64,000 nt of DNA from the NCBI GenBank assembly GCA_037443035.1, contig JBBIPC010000005.1:136040-200039 (forward strand), written 5' to 3'. How positions within the stretch are numbered: the stretch's first letter is position 1; each line of letters opens with the position of its first letter. The notes under the pieces are model-generated. The model ran no database searches. It saw only the letters and a program-made list of their open reading frames with translations, and was not told where the DNA came from. The position numbers and the translations under genes are program-made. Below, in pieces: positions 40,031 through 50,160 of this stretch. This DNA comes from Chthonomonadales bacterium (GTDB lineage: Bacteria; Armatimonadota; Chthonomonadetes; Chthonomonadales; CAJBBX01).

Positions 40031-41356
40031 CTATCGCCTCTTACCAGAGATCTGCGCTCTCCACTCACGCTGCCACGGCAACGGGATCGTCGCAAGGCAG
40101 ACGTCGGGATTGCCAAGCAGGTTCGAGGTAAATACGACTCGCCCACCCTTGCGGTCCCAGCCGACATGAGGATGGGCTCCACCACCGTACGTACGGTGGC
40201 CACGCGTGAGGATGTAGGTCCTCGTTGTTACGGCATGGAAAAGCCCTATGTCGCCATGCCAGTTGTCAGCCGCTACCCATCGCCCCTGCTCATCGCCTGC
40301 TGCATGCCACCAGTTCAAGCGTGCCAGCTCTCGCGGCTGAGCGTCGGGCCACCAGCTACCCTTGCCGAGAATGTGCACCTGTCCAGTGCGTATATCCAGC
40401 GTCTTCACGTCGCCGTCTTCGGTCGGAGGCAGGTGGTAGCCGCCGCAGAACGTCATGACGTGGCCTCGCCACCAGCAATGGTGGGTCGCGTATTCGTCAG
40501 CGGACTTGCGATGTTGGAACAGGACGCAACCGGTTCGGGCATCGAGCACCGTGCGGTAGGAGTCAGCGCCTAGGTAGTAGAGCAGATACGGTACATCGCG
40601 GCTGAACATGACATGGCCGTGGAAATCGCTGGCAGGCATGGAGGTTAACTCTCGGATACGGCCCGTGCGTGTGTGGACGGTCAGAACGCACGCTCTAGGG
40701 CCACGACCGTTATCGTCAGGGCGGCTGGCGCCCACGCCGAGCAGAGCTCCATCGGCGCTCTCCGAGAGGGCTGTGCTGAAGCCGGTATACGCCGACGGCA
40801 AGACGGCGACGAGGCGCTCCCGTGCTAAGATCTTCGTGGGCGTACCTTGGAGAATCCGAAGGTCCATCTCGACAATCTCGCGTCCCCGGGTTGCGTAGAA
40901 CGACCTGCCGCGCCGGGCCGCTGTCGCGCCGCCAAGTCGGCCCGCGGGCGTCTCTAACCGCACGATCTCACCGGTCGCCATGAGATAGCCCATCAGCCCT
41001 CCGTGCTGCCGCGAGGACGTGAAAAGGAGCACCGACTCGTCTGCCAGGAAGGAACGCTGCTCGTAGTAGAGCACCTCATCGTCGGCAGGGTCCGTCGTAA
41101 CGAACACTAGCTCCACTCCCGTCGTGGGGTCAGTCATGGAACGGTGTTCCGGCGGCAAGACCGTCAGAGCGTACTCCCGGGCAAGAAGTACGGGCGGCAG
41201 GGAGGTGCTCGACAGGACTATGACCAGACACGGCGCGACCAGCGCGGGAAGCGCTCGGCCTGGCCACGAATGTCGAAAGCCTCGGTGACGCGGGTTACGC
41301 ATGGACAACATCCGGCGATGGTTCTGGTTCGCATCCCTTCGTTCATGAACCGTCAT
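40031..41356 (-). CDS. Oligogalacturonate lyase-like beta-propeller protein
   Basis: DPTTGVELVFVT, LYYEQRSF..LLFTSSR, HPHVGWDRKG..VFTSN; true start probably near 41301. Confidence 0.65.
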   Translation of the reverse strand: MTVHERRDANQNHRRMLSMRNPRHRGFRHSWPGRALPALVAPCLVIVLSSTSLPPVLLAREYALTVLPPEHRSMTDPTTGVELVFVTTDPADDEVLYYEQRSFLADESVLLFTSSRQHGGLMGYLMATGEIVRLETPAGRLGGATAARRGRSFYATRGREIVEMDLRILQGTPTKILARERLVAVLPSAYTGFSTALSESADGALLGVGASRPDDNGRGPRACVLTVHTRTGRIRELTSMPASDFHGHVMFSRDVPYLLYYLGADSYRTVLDARTGCVLFQHRKSADEYATHHCWWRGHVMTFCGGYHLPPTEDGDVKTLDIRTGQVHILGKGSWWPDAQPRELARLNWWHAAGDEQGRWVAADNWHGDIGLFHAVTTRTYILTRGHRTYGGGAHPHVGWDRKGGRVVFTSNLLGNPDVCLATIPLPWQREWRAQISGKRR

Positions 41357-41652
41357 GAGGAACCCCGCCAGCCATCGCCGGCCGTATGCTTCTCGAGCTT
41401 CGACGGATACGCCTGGGAGTCCTGCGGGTGAGGTCCGACCGTGATCCTTCTTGTCCTGCGGTAACGTAGACTGCCAGGACGCGGCCAGTGGCTGAAAGGC
41501 ATCGTTGCCGACGTCGTAGTGTTAGCCATACCTGACCTGTGGCATACTAGACACGTAGAGAGACCTGCCGTTGCCGCGCCTTTCAGCGGGCGGCGCCGGA
41601 TGGGCTTCTCTAGCTCACCCATGACGGGGCAGCCAAGGCTCAGGAGTCTCCA

Positions 41653-42747
41653 TTGTCTCACACCGCACTACCACTCGACCGCATCCTGGAAGGAGACTGT
41701 ATCGAGGTTCTCGCAACCATTCCAGCGGAGTCCGTGGACCTAATCTTCGCGGATCCTCCGTACAATCTCCAGCTTCGGCAAGAGCTGTACCGGCCTAACA
41801 GGACCCTCGTAGATGCGGTGGACGATGATTGGGACAGGTTCGGCAGCTTCGAGGAGTACGACGCATTCACTCGTGCGTGGCTGACGGCCTGTCGCCGCGT
41901 GCTGAAGAACACGGGCACGATTTGGGTGATCGGGACCTATCACAATATCTACCGCTTGGGCGCGATACTGCAGGATCTCGGTTACTGGATTCTCAACGAC
42001 GTCATCTGGGTGAAGACGAACCCCATGCCGAACTTCCGGGGCGTTCGTTTCACCAATGCCCACGAGACGCTCATCTGGGCCGCCAAGGCTCAGGGATGCC
42101 GCTACACGTTCAACCACCACACGCTCAAGACCTACAACGGCGGCAAGCAGATGCGGAGCGATTGGCGTCTTCCCATCTGCTCGGGTGGCGAACGCCTGAA
42201 GGCGAACGGCCGGAAGGCACACTCCACGCAGAAGCCGGAGGCACTCCTGGAAAGGGTGATCGTGGCTGCGTCCCGACCGGGCGATGTGGTGCTGGATCCG
42301 TTCCTGGGGTCGGGTACCACCGCCGCAGTGGCGAAACGGCTTCATCGCCACTGGATCGGTATCGAGAAAGAGCCACAGTACGTGGCCATGGCGACGGGAC
42401 GGCTTGCTTCCATAACGCCGGCTGAACCAGGGAGTGTCCAGCTCGATCCCCGGGACGAAACGCGTGCTAGGAGACGCATTCGCTTCGAGGACCTCCTCCC
42501 GCTCGGCCTCGTGGGACCAGGCGAGGTCTTGTGTTTCCGGGCCGACCCGCAGTGCCAGGCTGTGATAACAGACCGAGGTACGCTGCGAATGGAAGGGTTC
42601 GAGGGGTCCATTCATCAGGCCGCCACGCATCTCTCCCACGGCGCACGCTGCAACGGGTGGGAGTGCTGGTACTACGTCACGGCCGACGGGGCCATGCGGC
42701 CCATTGACGACCTTCGAAAGCTTGCCGAAGCTGACTGTGGGCTGTAA
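41653..42747 (+). CDS. CcrM/M.HinfI-like beta-class N6-adenine DNA methyltransferase with C-terminal RAMA-like domain
   Basis: DLIFADPPYNLQL, NPMPNFRGVRFTNAHETLIWA, KQMRSDW, HSTQKPEALL, LDPFLGSGTT, GSIHQ..CNGWECW; TTG start with AGGAG. Confidence 0.9.
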   Translation: MSHTALPLDRILEGDCIEVLATIPAESVDLIFADPPYNLQLRQELYRPNRTLVDAVDDDWDRFGSFEEYDAFTRAWLTACRRVLKNTGTIWVIGTYHNIYRLGAILQDLGYWILNDVIWVKTNPMPNFRGVRFTNAHETLIWAAKAQGCRYTFNHHTLKTYNGGKQMRSDWRLPICSGGERLKANGRKAHSTQKPEALLERVIVAASRPGDVVLDPFLGSGTTAAVAKRLHRHWIGIEKEPQYVAMATGRLASITPAEPGSVQLDPRDETRARRRIRFEDLLPLGLVGPGEVLCFRADPQCQAVITDRGTLRMEGFEGSIHQAATHLSHGARCNGWECWYYVTADGAMRPIDDLRKLAEADCGL

Positions 42748-42764
42748 GTCCTTGTAGCCCGCGG

Positions 42765-43484
42765 CTAACCGTAGAGAGCCTCTTGGGGGAAGAAGGGGAA
42801 GTCGTGCTTGCCTGTGTCCGACCTCCAACGTCCGACGCTATCAGACCTGACGGGTATGCGCGCCAGCGGGAATCCTAGAAACGCCTCGAGCCGCTGCAAT
42901 GTGGGTTCTTGGTGGAGGACGAAGTCTTCGAACCGCACGTCCAGACGCCGTTTCGGCGAAGGAGTGAGCTGCATAATCTCGTACTGGTATCGCCAACTGA
43001 TGGCTCTGCGGAGGCGCACATCGTCCGTGCGGTCATAGGGCACGCCGAAATCCGATAGGTCGTCCGTCAGGTGCGCACCGAGAATACTGTCGCGCGGATC
43101 CCGGGTCCAGTAGATGTAGTAGGCGTCCGGAAACATGCGGACGATCCAGGGCAGTACCAGCGTGGTCTCGGGGAGTTTCCAGCCGCGCCTGGGTGCATCG
43201 CTGCTGAGCACGGAGCTCAGGAACGACTCCACGAGCCGCACGAATGCCGGGTCCAACGGTCCCTCGAGCACGCGCCTGAAGTCCCAGTGTAGCCCCCCGC
43301 GATGATCCACATAACGGGCGAAGACGCGGCAAGCTTCGTACATGTCCTCCGGCGGAAGCAGATCGCCAGATTCGTTCAGGTGTGCGCCCATGAACACACC
43401 GGATGCGCTGAGGGTATGGGACATGGCTCGCGTGCCCCCGTGACCGCGACCGATTACCGTAATCAGTACCTGTTCGCTCATCAT
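42765..43484 (-). CDS. Sulfotransferase family protein
   Basis: GRGHGGT loop, GWKLPET, RDPRD, VRFEDFV, VGRWR; ATGA overlap with cysNC. Confidence 0.8.
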   Translation of the reverse strand: MMSEQVLITVIGRGHGGTRAMSHTLSASGVFMGAHLNESGDLLPPEDMYEACRVFARYVDHRGGLHWDFRRVLEGPLDPAFVRLVESFLSSVLSSDAPRRGWKLPETTLVLPWIVRMFPDAYYIYWTRDPRDSILGAHLTDDLSDFGVPYDRTDDVRLRRAISWRYQYEIMQLTPSPKRRLDVRFEDFVLHQEPTLQRLEAFLGFPLARIPVRSDSVGRWRSDTGKHDFPFFPQEALYG

Positions 43485-45397
43485 CTCTCCTCGTGCCGAC
43501 ACGGAAGTATCCCTCGCTGGCGGAGATACGCCAATACCGCCTCGACCAGTTGCTCCGCAGAACGCGATGTGGTGTCCAGCCGCAGTTCTGGAGAGGGTGG
43601 CGGTTCGTAAGGCGCCGATACTCCCGTGAACTCCGGTATGAGACCTGCCCGAGCCTTGGCATATAGTCCCTTGGGATCGCGGCGTTCGCATTCCTCGAGC
43701 GGCGCGTCCACGAACGTTTCCACGAACCTTTCAGGACCGATGATCTCCCGAGCCTGCTCCCGATCGGCGGCGTAGGGGGAAATGAACGCGGTAATTACGA
43801 TCAGCCCGGCTTCGTTCATCAGCCGTGCCACCTCCGCCACCCTCCGGATATTCTCCGACCGATCCTCCTGGGAGAAGCCCAGGTCACGGTTCAGGCCATG
43901 GCGCATGTTATCGCCGTCCAGCACCGCGCACGCGTGCCCGGACGCGACAAGCCGTTCCTCGAGGTTGTACGCGATGGTGGACTTGCCCGAGCCGCTCAAG
44001 CCTGTCAGCCACACCGTGACGGGCAGGTGGCCGAGGAGACGCTGCCGATCCTCGGCAGTCACCCGCCCCACATGGCGCACCAGATTCCGCTCCTCTGGAA
44101 GTCTCGCCGTGGCGGTACCCTCGATGAGGCCGGCGCCGGAAGTCTGGTGCGTGCCCGGATCTATCAAGATGAAACTACCTGTGTGGCGGTTCTCTCGGTA
44201 GGTGTCTCCATAGATGGTCTGCAAGGCACGGATACGCACTCGACCGATGTCGTTGAGGATCAGATGATCCGCTTCTTCGTGCTCTAGCGTCGCAGGGTTC
44301 ACACGGTAGAGAACCGCCAGAGGGCGTGCGCGGAGGATGCGGGTGGTGTGCTTCATCAGATACGTGACCCTCGTGTCCAGCGGCGCCTCGTCCGTCCAGA
44401 TGACGGTCGCCTCGAACTCGTGCATTTCGAGGGGAGCATGATCGGTGTCTGCGAGGAGATGGCCGCGACCCATGTCTATGTCGTCGGCCACAGTCAGCGT
44501 TACGGCTTCGCCAGCCGATGCCGAGTCCGCGGCTCCAGCAGGCGTCATGATGCTCGTGACGCGGGTTCTGGATCGAGAAGGATACACCGCGACCAAGTCG
44601 CCGACCCTCACAGATCCGGATGCGATGGTACCGGAGTAGCCGCGATACTCCCGAGACGGTCGCTGCACATACTGGATGGCCAGTCGAAACGGGCGTGCCG
44701 CATCATCTCCCTGCAGGGGGACGGTCTCGAGGAATTGCAGGAGGGTGGGTCCGGTGTACCAGGCCATGGAGTGCGATGGTTCCACCACGTTGTCACCCTG
44801 AAGGGCACTGATAGGAATGAATGCCGCCTCCACTCCCAGGGAGCGCAAGTACCGGTCGTACTCGTCCGCGAGAGCGATGAAACGCTCCTGCGACCAACCC
44901 ACGAGGTCCATCTTGTTCACGGCAATGACCATCCGCCGAATGCCCACCAATGCGGCCAGGAAGCCGTGGCGGCGACTCTGCATGGTCACTCCTCGCTCGG
45001 CATCGAGCAGAATGACGGCCAGCTCGGCCGTAGAAGCAGCGGTAACCATGTTGCGTGTGTACTGCTCGTGGCCTGGGGCATCAGCGATAATGAAGCGTCG
45101 TCTAGGAGTGGCGAAAGGACGGTAGGCGACGTCGATGGTGATTTTCTGCTCTCTCTCGGCGCGGAGACCGTCCGTCACCAGGGCGAGGTCCACGTCCGCA
45201 GAACCGCTGCGGCGAGACGCTTCGGCGACAGCTTGGAGCTGGTCCACGTAGATGGCTCCGCAGTCATGCAACAGGCGGCCGATAAGCGTGGACTTGCCGT
45301 CGTCCACGCTTCCAGCGGTCGTGAAGCGCAGAAGCGGCCTGGTCTCCAGTCCGATCAGGGTCTCGGATGCGAGGATTTCAGAGCCCATGGGATGCAT
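43481..45397 (-). CDS. cysNC: Bifunctional sulfate adenylyltransferase subunit 1 / APS kinase
   Basis: GSVDDGKSTLIGRLL, DGLRAEREQKITIDVAY, PGHEQYTRNM; WLTGLSGSGKST, LDGDNMRHGL, RDPKGLY. Confidence 0.95.
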   Translation of the reverse strand: MHPMGSEILASETLIGLETRPLLRFTTAGSVDDGKSTLIGRLLHDCGAIYVDQLQAVAEASRRSGSADVDLALVTDGLRAEREQKITIDVAYRPFATPRRRFIIADAPGHEQYTRNMVTAASTAELAVILLDAERGVTMQSRRHGFLAALVGIRRMVIAVNKMDLVGWSQERFIALADEYDRYLRSLGVEAAFIPISALQGDNVVEPSHSMAWYTGPTLLQFLETVPLQGDDAARPFRLAIQYVQRPSREYRGYSGTIASGSVRVGDLVAVYPSRSRTRVTSIMTPAGAADSASAGEAVTLTVADDIDMGRGHLLADTDHAPLEMHEFEATVIWTDEAPLDTRVTYLMKHTTRILRARPLAVLYRVNPATLEHEEADHLILNDIGRVRIRALQTIYGDTYRENRHTGSFILIDPGTHQTSGAGLIEGTATARLPEERNLVRHVGRVTAEDRQRLLGHLPVTVWLTGLSGSGKSTIAYNLEERLVASGHACAVLDGDNMRHGLNRDLGFSQEDRSENIRRVAEVARLMNEAGLIVITAFISPYAADREQAREIIGPERFVETFVDAPLEECERRDPKGLYAKARAGLIPEFTGVSAPYEPPPSPELRLDTTSRSAEQLVEAVLAYLRQRGILPCRHEER

Positions 45398-45415
45398 GGC
45401 AAGGCGAAGCTCGCC

Positions 45416-46366
45416 TCAGAAGTAGCCCTCCCGCTTCTTCTGCTCCATGGAGGCGTCCTGGTCGTGGTCTATGACGCGCGTGATTCGCTCCGAGACGCGG
45501 ACCTCCGCCAGCTCGGTGATGATATCCGCCACCGTGCGAGCTTCCGAACGTATGACCCCCGTACAGGGATAGCACCCCAACGTCCGGCATCGGCATACGA
45601 TGCGCTGAGGCACCTCGCCAGGCAGCAGACGCGTGTGCTCGTATACCGGTACGAGCTGGCCGTGCCGCTCCACGACCAGACGCTCCTCTGCAAAATAGAG
45701 CGGGACGACCGGAATGCTCTCTCGCTGGATGTAGAGCCAGATGTCCAGTTCGGTCCAGTTGGAGAGCGGGAAGACGCGGATGCTCTCGCCAGGGTGGATG
45801 CAGCCGTTGTAGAGATTCCAGATCTCGGGGCGTTGGCGGCGGGGGTTCCACTGACCCTCAGCGTCTCGGAACGAGTAGACCCGCTCCTTGGCCCGGGACC
45901 GTTCCTCTTCGCGCCGTGCTCCGCCGAAGGCAGCATCGTAGCCCCCTTCACGCAGCGCGTTGACCAGCGCCTGCGTCTTGAGCCGCGAGCAGCAGTAGAC
46001 CGTGCCATGATCCCAAGGGTTGGTTCCCTCTGCGATAGCCGGTTCGTTACGATACACGCGGAGGTCCACACCGATCTCGCGGCAATAGGCATCGCGGAAT
46101 GCCGTCATCTCGGGAAACTTGTAACCTGTGTCCACGTGGAGGACAGGGAACGGGATGCGCCCGGGGGCGAAGGCTTTCTGGGCGAGCCTCAGCATCACCG
46201 AGGAGTCCTTGCCGATGGAGTAGAGCATGACGGGCCGCCGGAACTCGGCCGCGACTTCCCGTAGAATGTGAATGCTTTCAGCCTCGAGCGAGTCCAGGGT
46301 GGTGCGGTACCGTGCGGGCCGCCCACGGTCCGCGTTAGCCTTGTCCAGAGATTCCAGAGTGGCCAT
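45416..46366 (-). CDS. cysD: Sulfate adenylyltransferase subunit 2
   Basis: [47 protein letters not shown]; start taken at ATG 46366. Confidence 0.96.
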   Translation of the reverse strand: MATLESLDKANADRGRPARYRTTLDSLEAESIHILREVAAEFRRPVMLYSIGKDSSVMLRLAQKAFAPGRIPFPVLHVDTGYKFPEMTAFRDAYCREIGVDLRVYRNEPAIAEGTNPWDHGTVYCCSRLKTQALVNALREGGYDAAFGGARREEERSRAKERVYSFRDAEGQWNPRRQRPEIWNLYNGCIHPGESIRVFPLSNWTELDIWLYIQRESIPVVPLYFAEERLVVERHGQLVPVYEHTRLLPGEVPQRIVCRCRTLGCYPCTGVIRSEARTVADIITELAEVRVSERITRVIDHDQDASMEQKKREGYF

Positions 46367-46416
46367 GTCTTGCGTGCGATGACCTATGAAGATCCACAAC
46401 ATGCTACGCGGCTGGG

Positions 46417-46475
46417 GGCCGTATCTTCCTTGAGAATCCGGCCATTTTTCTGCATTTTCCGGCCATAATCTGGCC
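46417..46475. promoter_or_regulatory. Candidate AraC-family operator and divergent promoter
   Basis: TCCGGCCAT repeated at 46437 and 46458 (21-bp spacing), weaker copy at 46417; CATAAT six nt before the AraC ATG. Confidence 0.5.
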
Positions 46476-47396
46476 ATGGGCGAACTCGGGCCACCATGGG
46501 TCTTCCGGCGGGCCGACCACTTCCGGGCGGGCTATCCGCTGGCCATCAGTCGCATTCATTCGCACGCCCAGTGTCGCCTTCACACCCATGAGTTCAGCGA
46601 GCTCGTGGTCGTGCTGCGAGGCCGGGGGCTGCACGTCACACCCGAGGCCTCCTGGCCCATCGGCGCCGGCGATGCGTTCGTGTTGCATGGCGCTCAGGTC
46701 CATGGTTACGAGAACACTGCCGGTCTGGACCTGGTCAACATCATGTTCGTACCAGAGGAGCTGGACCTGGAGGCGGCCGATCTCGGCTTGCTACCCGGCT
46801 ACCATGTGCTCTTCACACTCGAGCCGAGGGTTCGCCAGAGGGACGAGTTCCGAAGCCGGCTTCGCCTGAACCCGGACCAACTCCGGGCAGTTGCAGGGCT
46901 CGTAGATCGTCTGGAATACGAGCTCACGCAGATGCCGCCGGGATGGCAGTTCAGCGCCAGGGCGTGTTTCATGCTCATCGTCACCGACCTGAGTCGGTTC
47001 TACGCTCATGCCGATGTACCTGCCGCTGCGCCCCTCCAACGCGTGGGTCAGGTACTGAGCTACATGGAGCGCCACCTGGCCGATGCGCCAAGCCTGGAGG
47101 AGATTGCGGCCGCTTGCTCCATGTCCCGCCGCTCCCTCTCTCGGACCTTCCGGTCTGTAATGGGATGCACCCCCGTCCAATATGCCGTGCGTCTCCGCAT
47201 CCAGCGCGCCCTGGAGCTGCTGCAGACCACCGACGACAGCATCACCGAAATCGCTTTCAGCCTCGGTTATGCGGATGGCAACTACTTCTCGCGCCAATTC
47301 CATGCCATTACCGGTCTCAGCCCCCGCGAGGTACGGAGGCGCCTCCGAGCGGAGCAGTCGGAAGCGTCCAGTTCGCTGGGGGTACGCGCAGCATAG
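46476..47396 (+). CDS. AraC-family regulator (RhaR/RhaS-like, cupin plus double HTH)
   Basis: [41 protein letters not shown]. Confidence 0.92.
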   Translation: MGELGPPWVFRRADHFRAGYPLAISRIHSHAQCRLHTHEFSELVVVLRGRGLHVTPEASWPIGAGDAFVLHGAQVHGYENTAGLDLVNIMFVPEELDLEAADLGLLPGYHVLFTLEPRVRQRDEFRSRLRLNPDQLRAVAGLVDRLEYELTQMPPGWQFSARACFMLIVTDLSRFYAHADVPAAAPLQRVGQVLSYMERHLADAPSLEEIAAACSMSRRSLSRTFRSVMGCTPVQYAVRLRIQRALELLQTTDDSITEIAFSLGYADGNYFSRQFHAITGLSPREVRRRLRAEQSEASSSLGVRAA

Positions 47397-47482
47397 CCCG
47401 CTTGCTGTCTGTAGAAGAAGGACCGCCGCTCGTTCTCTGCCGAACTAGTCAAGCGGATTCTCGCCGAAGGAGCTTATCAGCC

Positions 47483-50014
47483 ATGCGTTCCTTTCCATGC
47501 CTAGTGCTCGCGCTCAGCCTTCTGGCAGCACCTCTCGCTGGTGCTCAGGGCCGAAAGGCGGACTACGAACGCGCTGCCCAGCTCGCGGCCAGCACTCGGG
47601 GGAAGGTGTTCCGTACGCGTGTGCAACCGCATTGGTTCGACGGTACCAGCCGCTTCTGGTACAAAGTCGACACGGGTCCTGGAACCTACGAGTTCGTCCT
47701 GGTAGACGCTGGAGCAGGTACGCGGGCGCTCGCTTTCGATCATGCCCGTGTCGCGGACGCCTTGGCGAAGCTGCTCCATCGCAAGGTCGAGGCGAACCGC
47801 TTGCCGGTCGCAAGCCTGAGCTTTGTCGCTGGTGCAAGGTCAGCTATCCTCTACGGTACGCGGCCCGCCGGAGAAGGGGCCGCTCCTGCTTGGGAGCTGA
47901 ATCTGGAGACCTACAGCCTGACGCCGACGCAGGCGAAGGCGGTGGAGGAAGAATCTCTACCCAACCTCGGGCGACCGTATCCATCCCGCCGGACTGGCGA
48001 GGAAACGAGCATCACCTTCATCAATCGCACCTCACAGACGGTAAGCCTCTTCTGGATGGATACCGAGGGCAACCGGCGATCCTACGGCGCTATCGAGCCA
48101 GGTCAGAGCCGAGAACAGCATACGTTCGCGGGCCACGTCTGGGTCGTAACGTCGCCGCAGGGGGCAGTTGTTGGCGTATTCGAGGCTACGGAGATGCCGG
48201 CTGTAGCCGTTATCGGCAAGACTGGTCCGGCGGGTCCCCCAGTACGCCGACAGGACTCTCAGGCACAACGCCCCCAGGGACTATCCCCGGACGGGCGATG
48301 CCTCGCGGTGATACGTGAGTACAACGTCTGGCTCCGAGAGCCCCCTGCAGCGGATGCCGTGCAGCTTACGACAGACGGCACGGCAGAGGACGCCTACACA
48401 GCCATCTATTGGTCGCCGGATTCCACCAAGCTCGTAGCCATCCAGACGATCCCTGCCCAGGAGCACAAAGTCACCATCGTCGAGTCCTCGCCACCGGATC
48501 AAGTCCAGCCGAAGGTTCGGGTGCTCGATTATCTGAAGCCAGGCGACAGGATCGCCCATCCTCGACCGCGACTCTGGGACATTCGGAAGCGGCGACAGAT
48601 CCCCATCGCCGAAGATCTCTTCCCCAACCCCTGGAGTCTGGAGAACCTGCGTTGGGACGCCGATAGCAAGCGCTTCACGTTCGAGTACAACCAGCGCGGA
48701 CACCAGATTCTGCGGATCATCGCTGTGGACGCCGACACAGGCACGGCGAGTCCCATCGTGGATGAACAGAGCAAGACGTTCATTGACTACGCTGGCAAGC
48801 ACTTCGTACGCTATCTGGACACGACGCAGGAAATCATCTGGATGTCGGAGCGGGATGGCTGGAACCATCTCTACCTCTACGACGCCCGGTCAGGGGCTGT
48901 GAAAAACCAGATCACGAAGGGAGAGTGGGTAGTCCGCGGAGTGGATCGGGTGGACGAGAAGGAGCGACAGATCTGGTTCCGCCTATCCGGTTATTACCCA
49001 GGTCAGGATCCTTACTACGTTCACTATGCACGCGTCAACTTCGACGGTACCGGTCTGGTTGTGCTTACAGAAGGGGATGGAACGCATGCAATCAGCTACT
49101 CCCCTGATGAGCGGTACCTCCTCGACACGTATTCGAGGGTGGACATGCCGCCGGTGACCGAGCTGCGAAGAACCGAGGACGGCAGGCTACTCTGTGTACT
49201 AGAACGCGCCGATGCCTCAGCTCTCCTCAAGACTGGTTGGAAGATGCCGGAGCGGTTCGTGGCCAAGGGGCGAGACGGGCAAACGGACATCTACGGCGTT
49301 ATCTTCAGACCGACGACGTTCAGGCCTTCGCGCAAGTATCCCGTTGTCGAGGCCATCTACGCGGGACCCCAGAGCAGCTATGTGCCCAAAGCCTGGTCAG
49401 CGTTCCATGGCGCCCAGGAAATGGCAGAGCTGGGCTTCATCGTGGTCCAGATTGACGGTATGGGAACGTCCAACCGGTCCAAGGCTTTTCACGACGTGTG
49501 CTGGAAGAACCTGGCTGACGCGGGTTTCCCCGATCGCATCCTGTGGATGAAAGCAGCGGCGCGTACGCGGCCGTTCATGGACCTTTCCCGCGTCGGAATC
49601 TACGGCGGATCGGCAGGAGGACAGAACGCCCTGGGAGGCTTGCTCTTCCATCCGGAGTTCTACAGGGTAGGAGTAGCCGACTGCGGCTGCCACGACAACC
49701 GCATGGACAAGATTTGGTGGAACGAGTTATGGATGGGTTGGCCCGTCGGTCCCCACTATGCCGAGCAGTCCAACGTCACCAACGCGCATCGTCTGCAGGG
49801 AAAGCTGCTACTCCTTGTCGGCGAAGTTGATACGAACGTGGATCCAGCTTCCACCATGCAGGTCGTGAACGCTCTGATCAAGGCGAACAAAGACTTCGAG
49901 ATGCTTGTCATGCCGGGAGTTGGCCATGGCGCCGCGGGGCACCCCTATGGCAAGCGTCGCCTTCAGGACTTCCTTGTCAAGAACCTTTGGGGTGTGGAAC
50001 CGCGGGCGCCGTAG
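47483..50014 (+). CDS. S9B dipeptidyl-peptidase IV-like secreted peptidase with inserted VHL-beta-like domain
   Basis: AAGGAG SD, signal peptide; SERDGWNHLYL, GIYGGSAGG, GEVDTNV, GVGHG catalytic triad motifs. Confidence 0.9.
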   Translation: MRSFPCLVLALSLLAAPLAGAQGRKADYERAAQLAASTRGKVFRTRVQPHWFDGTSRFWYKVDTGPGTYEFVLVDAGAGTRALAFDHARVADALAKLLHRKVEANRLPVASLSFVAGARSAILYGTRPAGEGAAPAWELNLETYSLTPTQAKAVEEESLPNLGRPYPSRRTGEETSITFINRTSQTVSLFWMDTEGNRRSYGAIEPGQSREQHTFAGHVWVVTSPQGAVVGVFEATEMPAVAVIGKTGPAGPPVRRQDSQAQRPQGLSPDGRCLAVIREYNVWLREPPAADAVQLTTDGTAEDAYTAIYWSPDSTKLVAIQTIPAQEHKVTIVESSPPDQVQPKVRVLDYLKPGDRIAHPRPRLWDIRKRRQIPIAEDLFPNPWSLENLRWDADSKRFTFEYNQRGHQILRIIAVDADTGTASPIVDEQSKTFIDYAGKHFVRYLDTTQEIIWMSERDGWNHLYLYDARSGAVKNQITKGEWVVRGVDRVDEKERQIWFRLSGYYPGQDPYYVHYARVNFDGTGLVVLTEGDGTHAISYSPDERYLLDTYSRVDMPPVTELRRTEDGRLLCVLERADASALLKTGWKMPERFVAKGRDGQTDIYGVIFRPTTFRPSRKYPVVEAIYAGPQSSYVPKAWSAFHGAQEMAELGFIVVQIDGMGTSNRSKAFHDVCWKNLADAGFPDRILWMKAAARTRPFMDLSRVGIYGGSAGGQNALGGLLFHPEFYRVGVADCGCHDNRMDKIWWNELWMGWPVGPHYAEQSNVTNAHRLQGKLLLLVGEVDTNVDPASTMQVVNALIKANKDFEMLVMPGVGHGAAGHPYGKRRLQDFLVKNLWGVEPRAP

Positions 50015-50160
50015 GCACGTCGTCGTTCCTGGAGGGCGAACAGCGTGCGCCGCTGGTTGGCGAGAAGCCGTGATTCGGAAAACCAGGGGTGCCATCTGTG
50101 ATGCAGGGTACAATCTACACCAGTGCGTCGCAGCCCACTCCGACGCACGGAGAGGTAAGC

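Noticed and set aside
41357..41652. GANTC sites upstream of the methyltransferase as proof of autoregulation
   Set aside because: Two sites in about 300 nt is compatible with chance; noted only as a lead
46943..47482. N-terminal 180 aa of the 1023-aa ORF as part of the peptidase
   Set aside because: Overlaps the AraC gene in another frame; the SD and signal peptide point to ATG 47483
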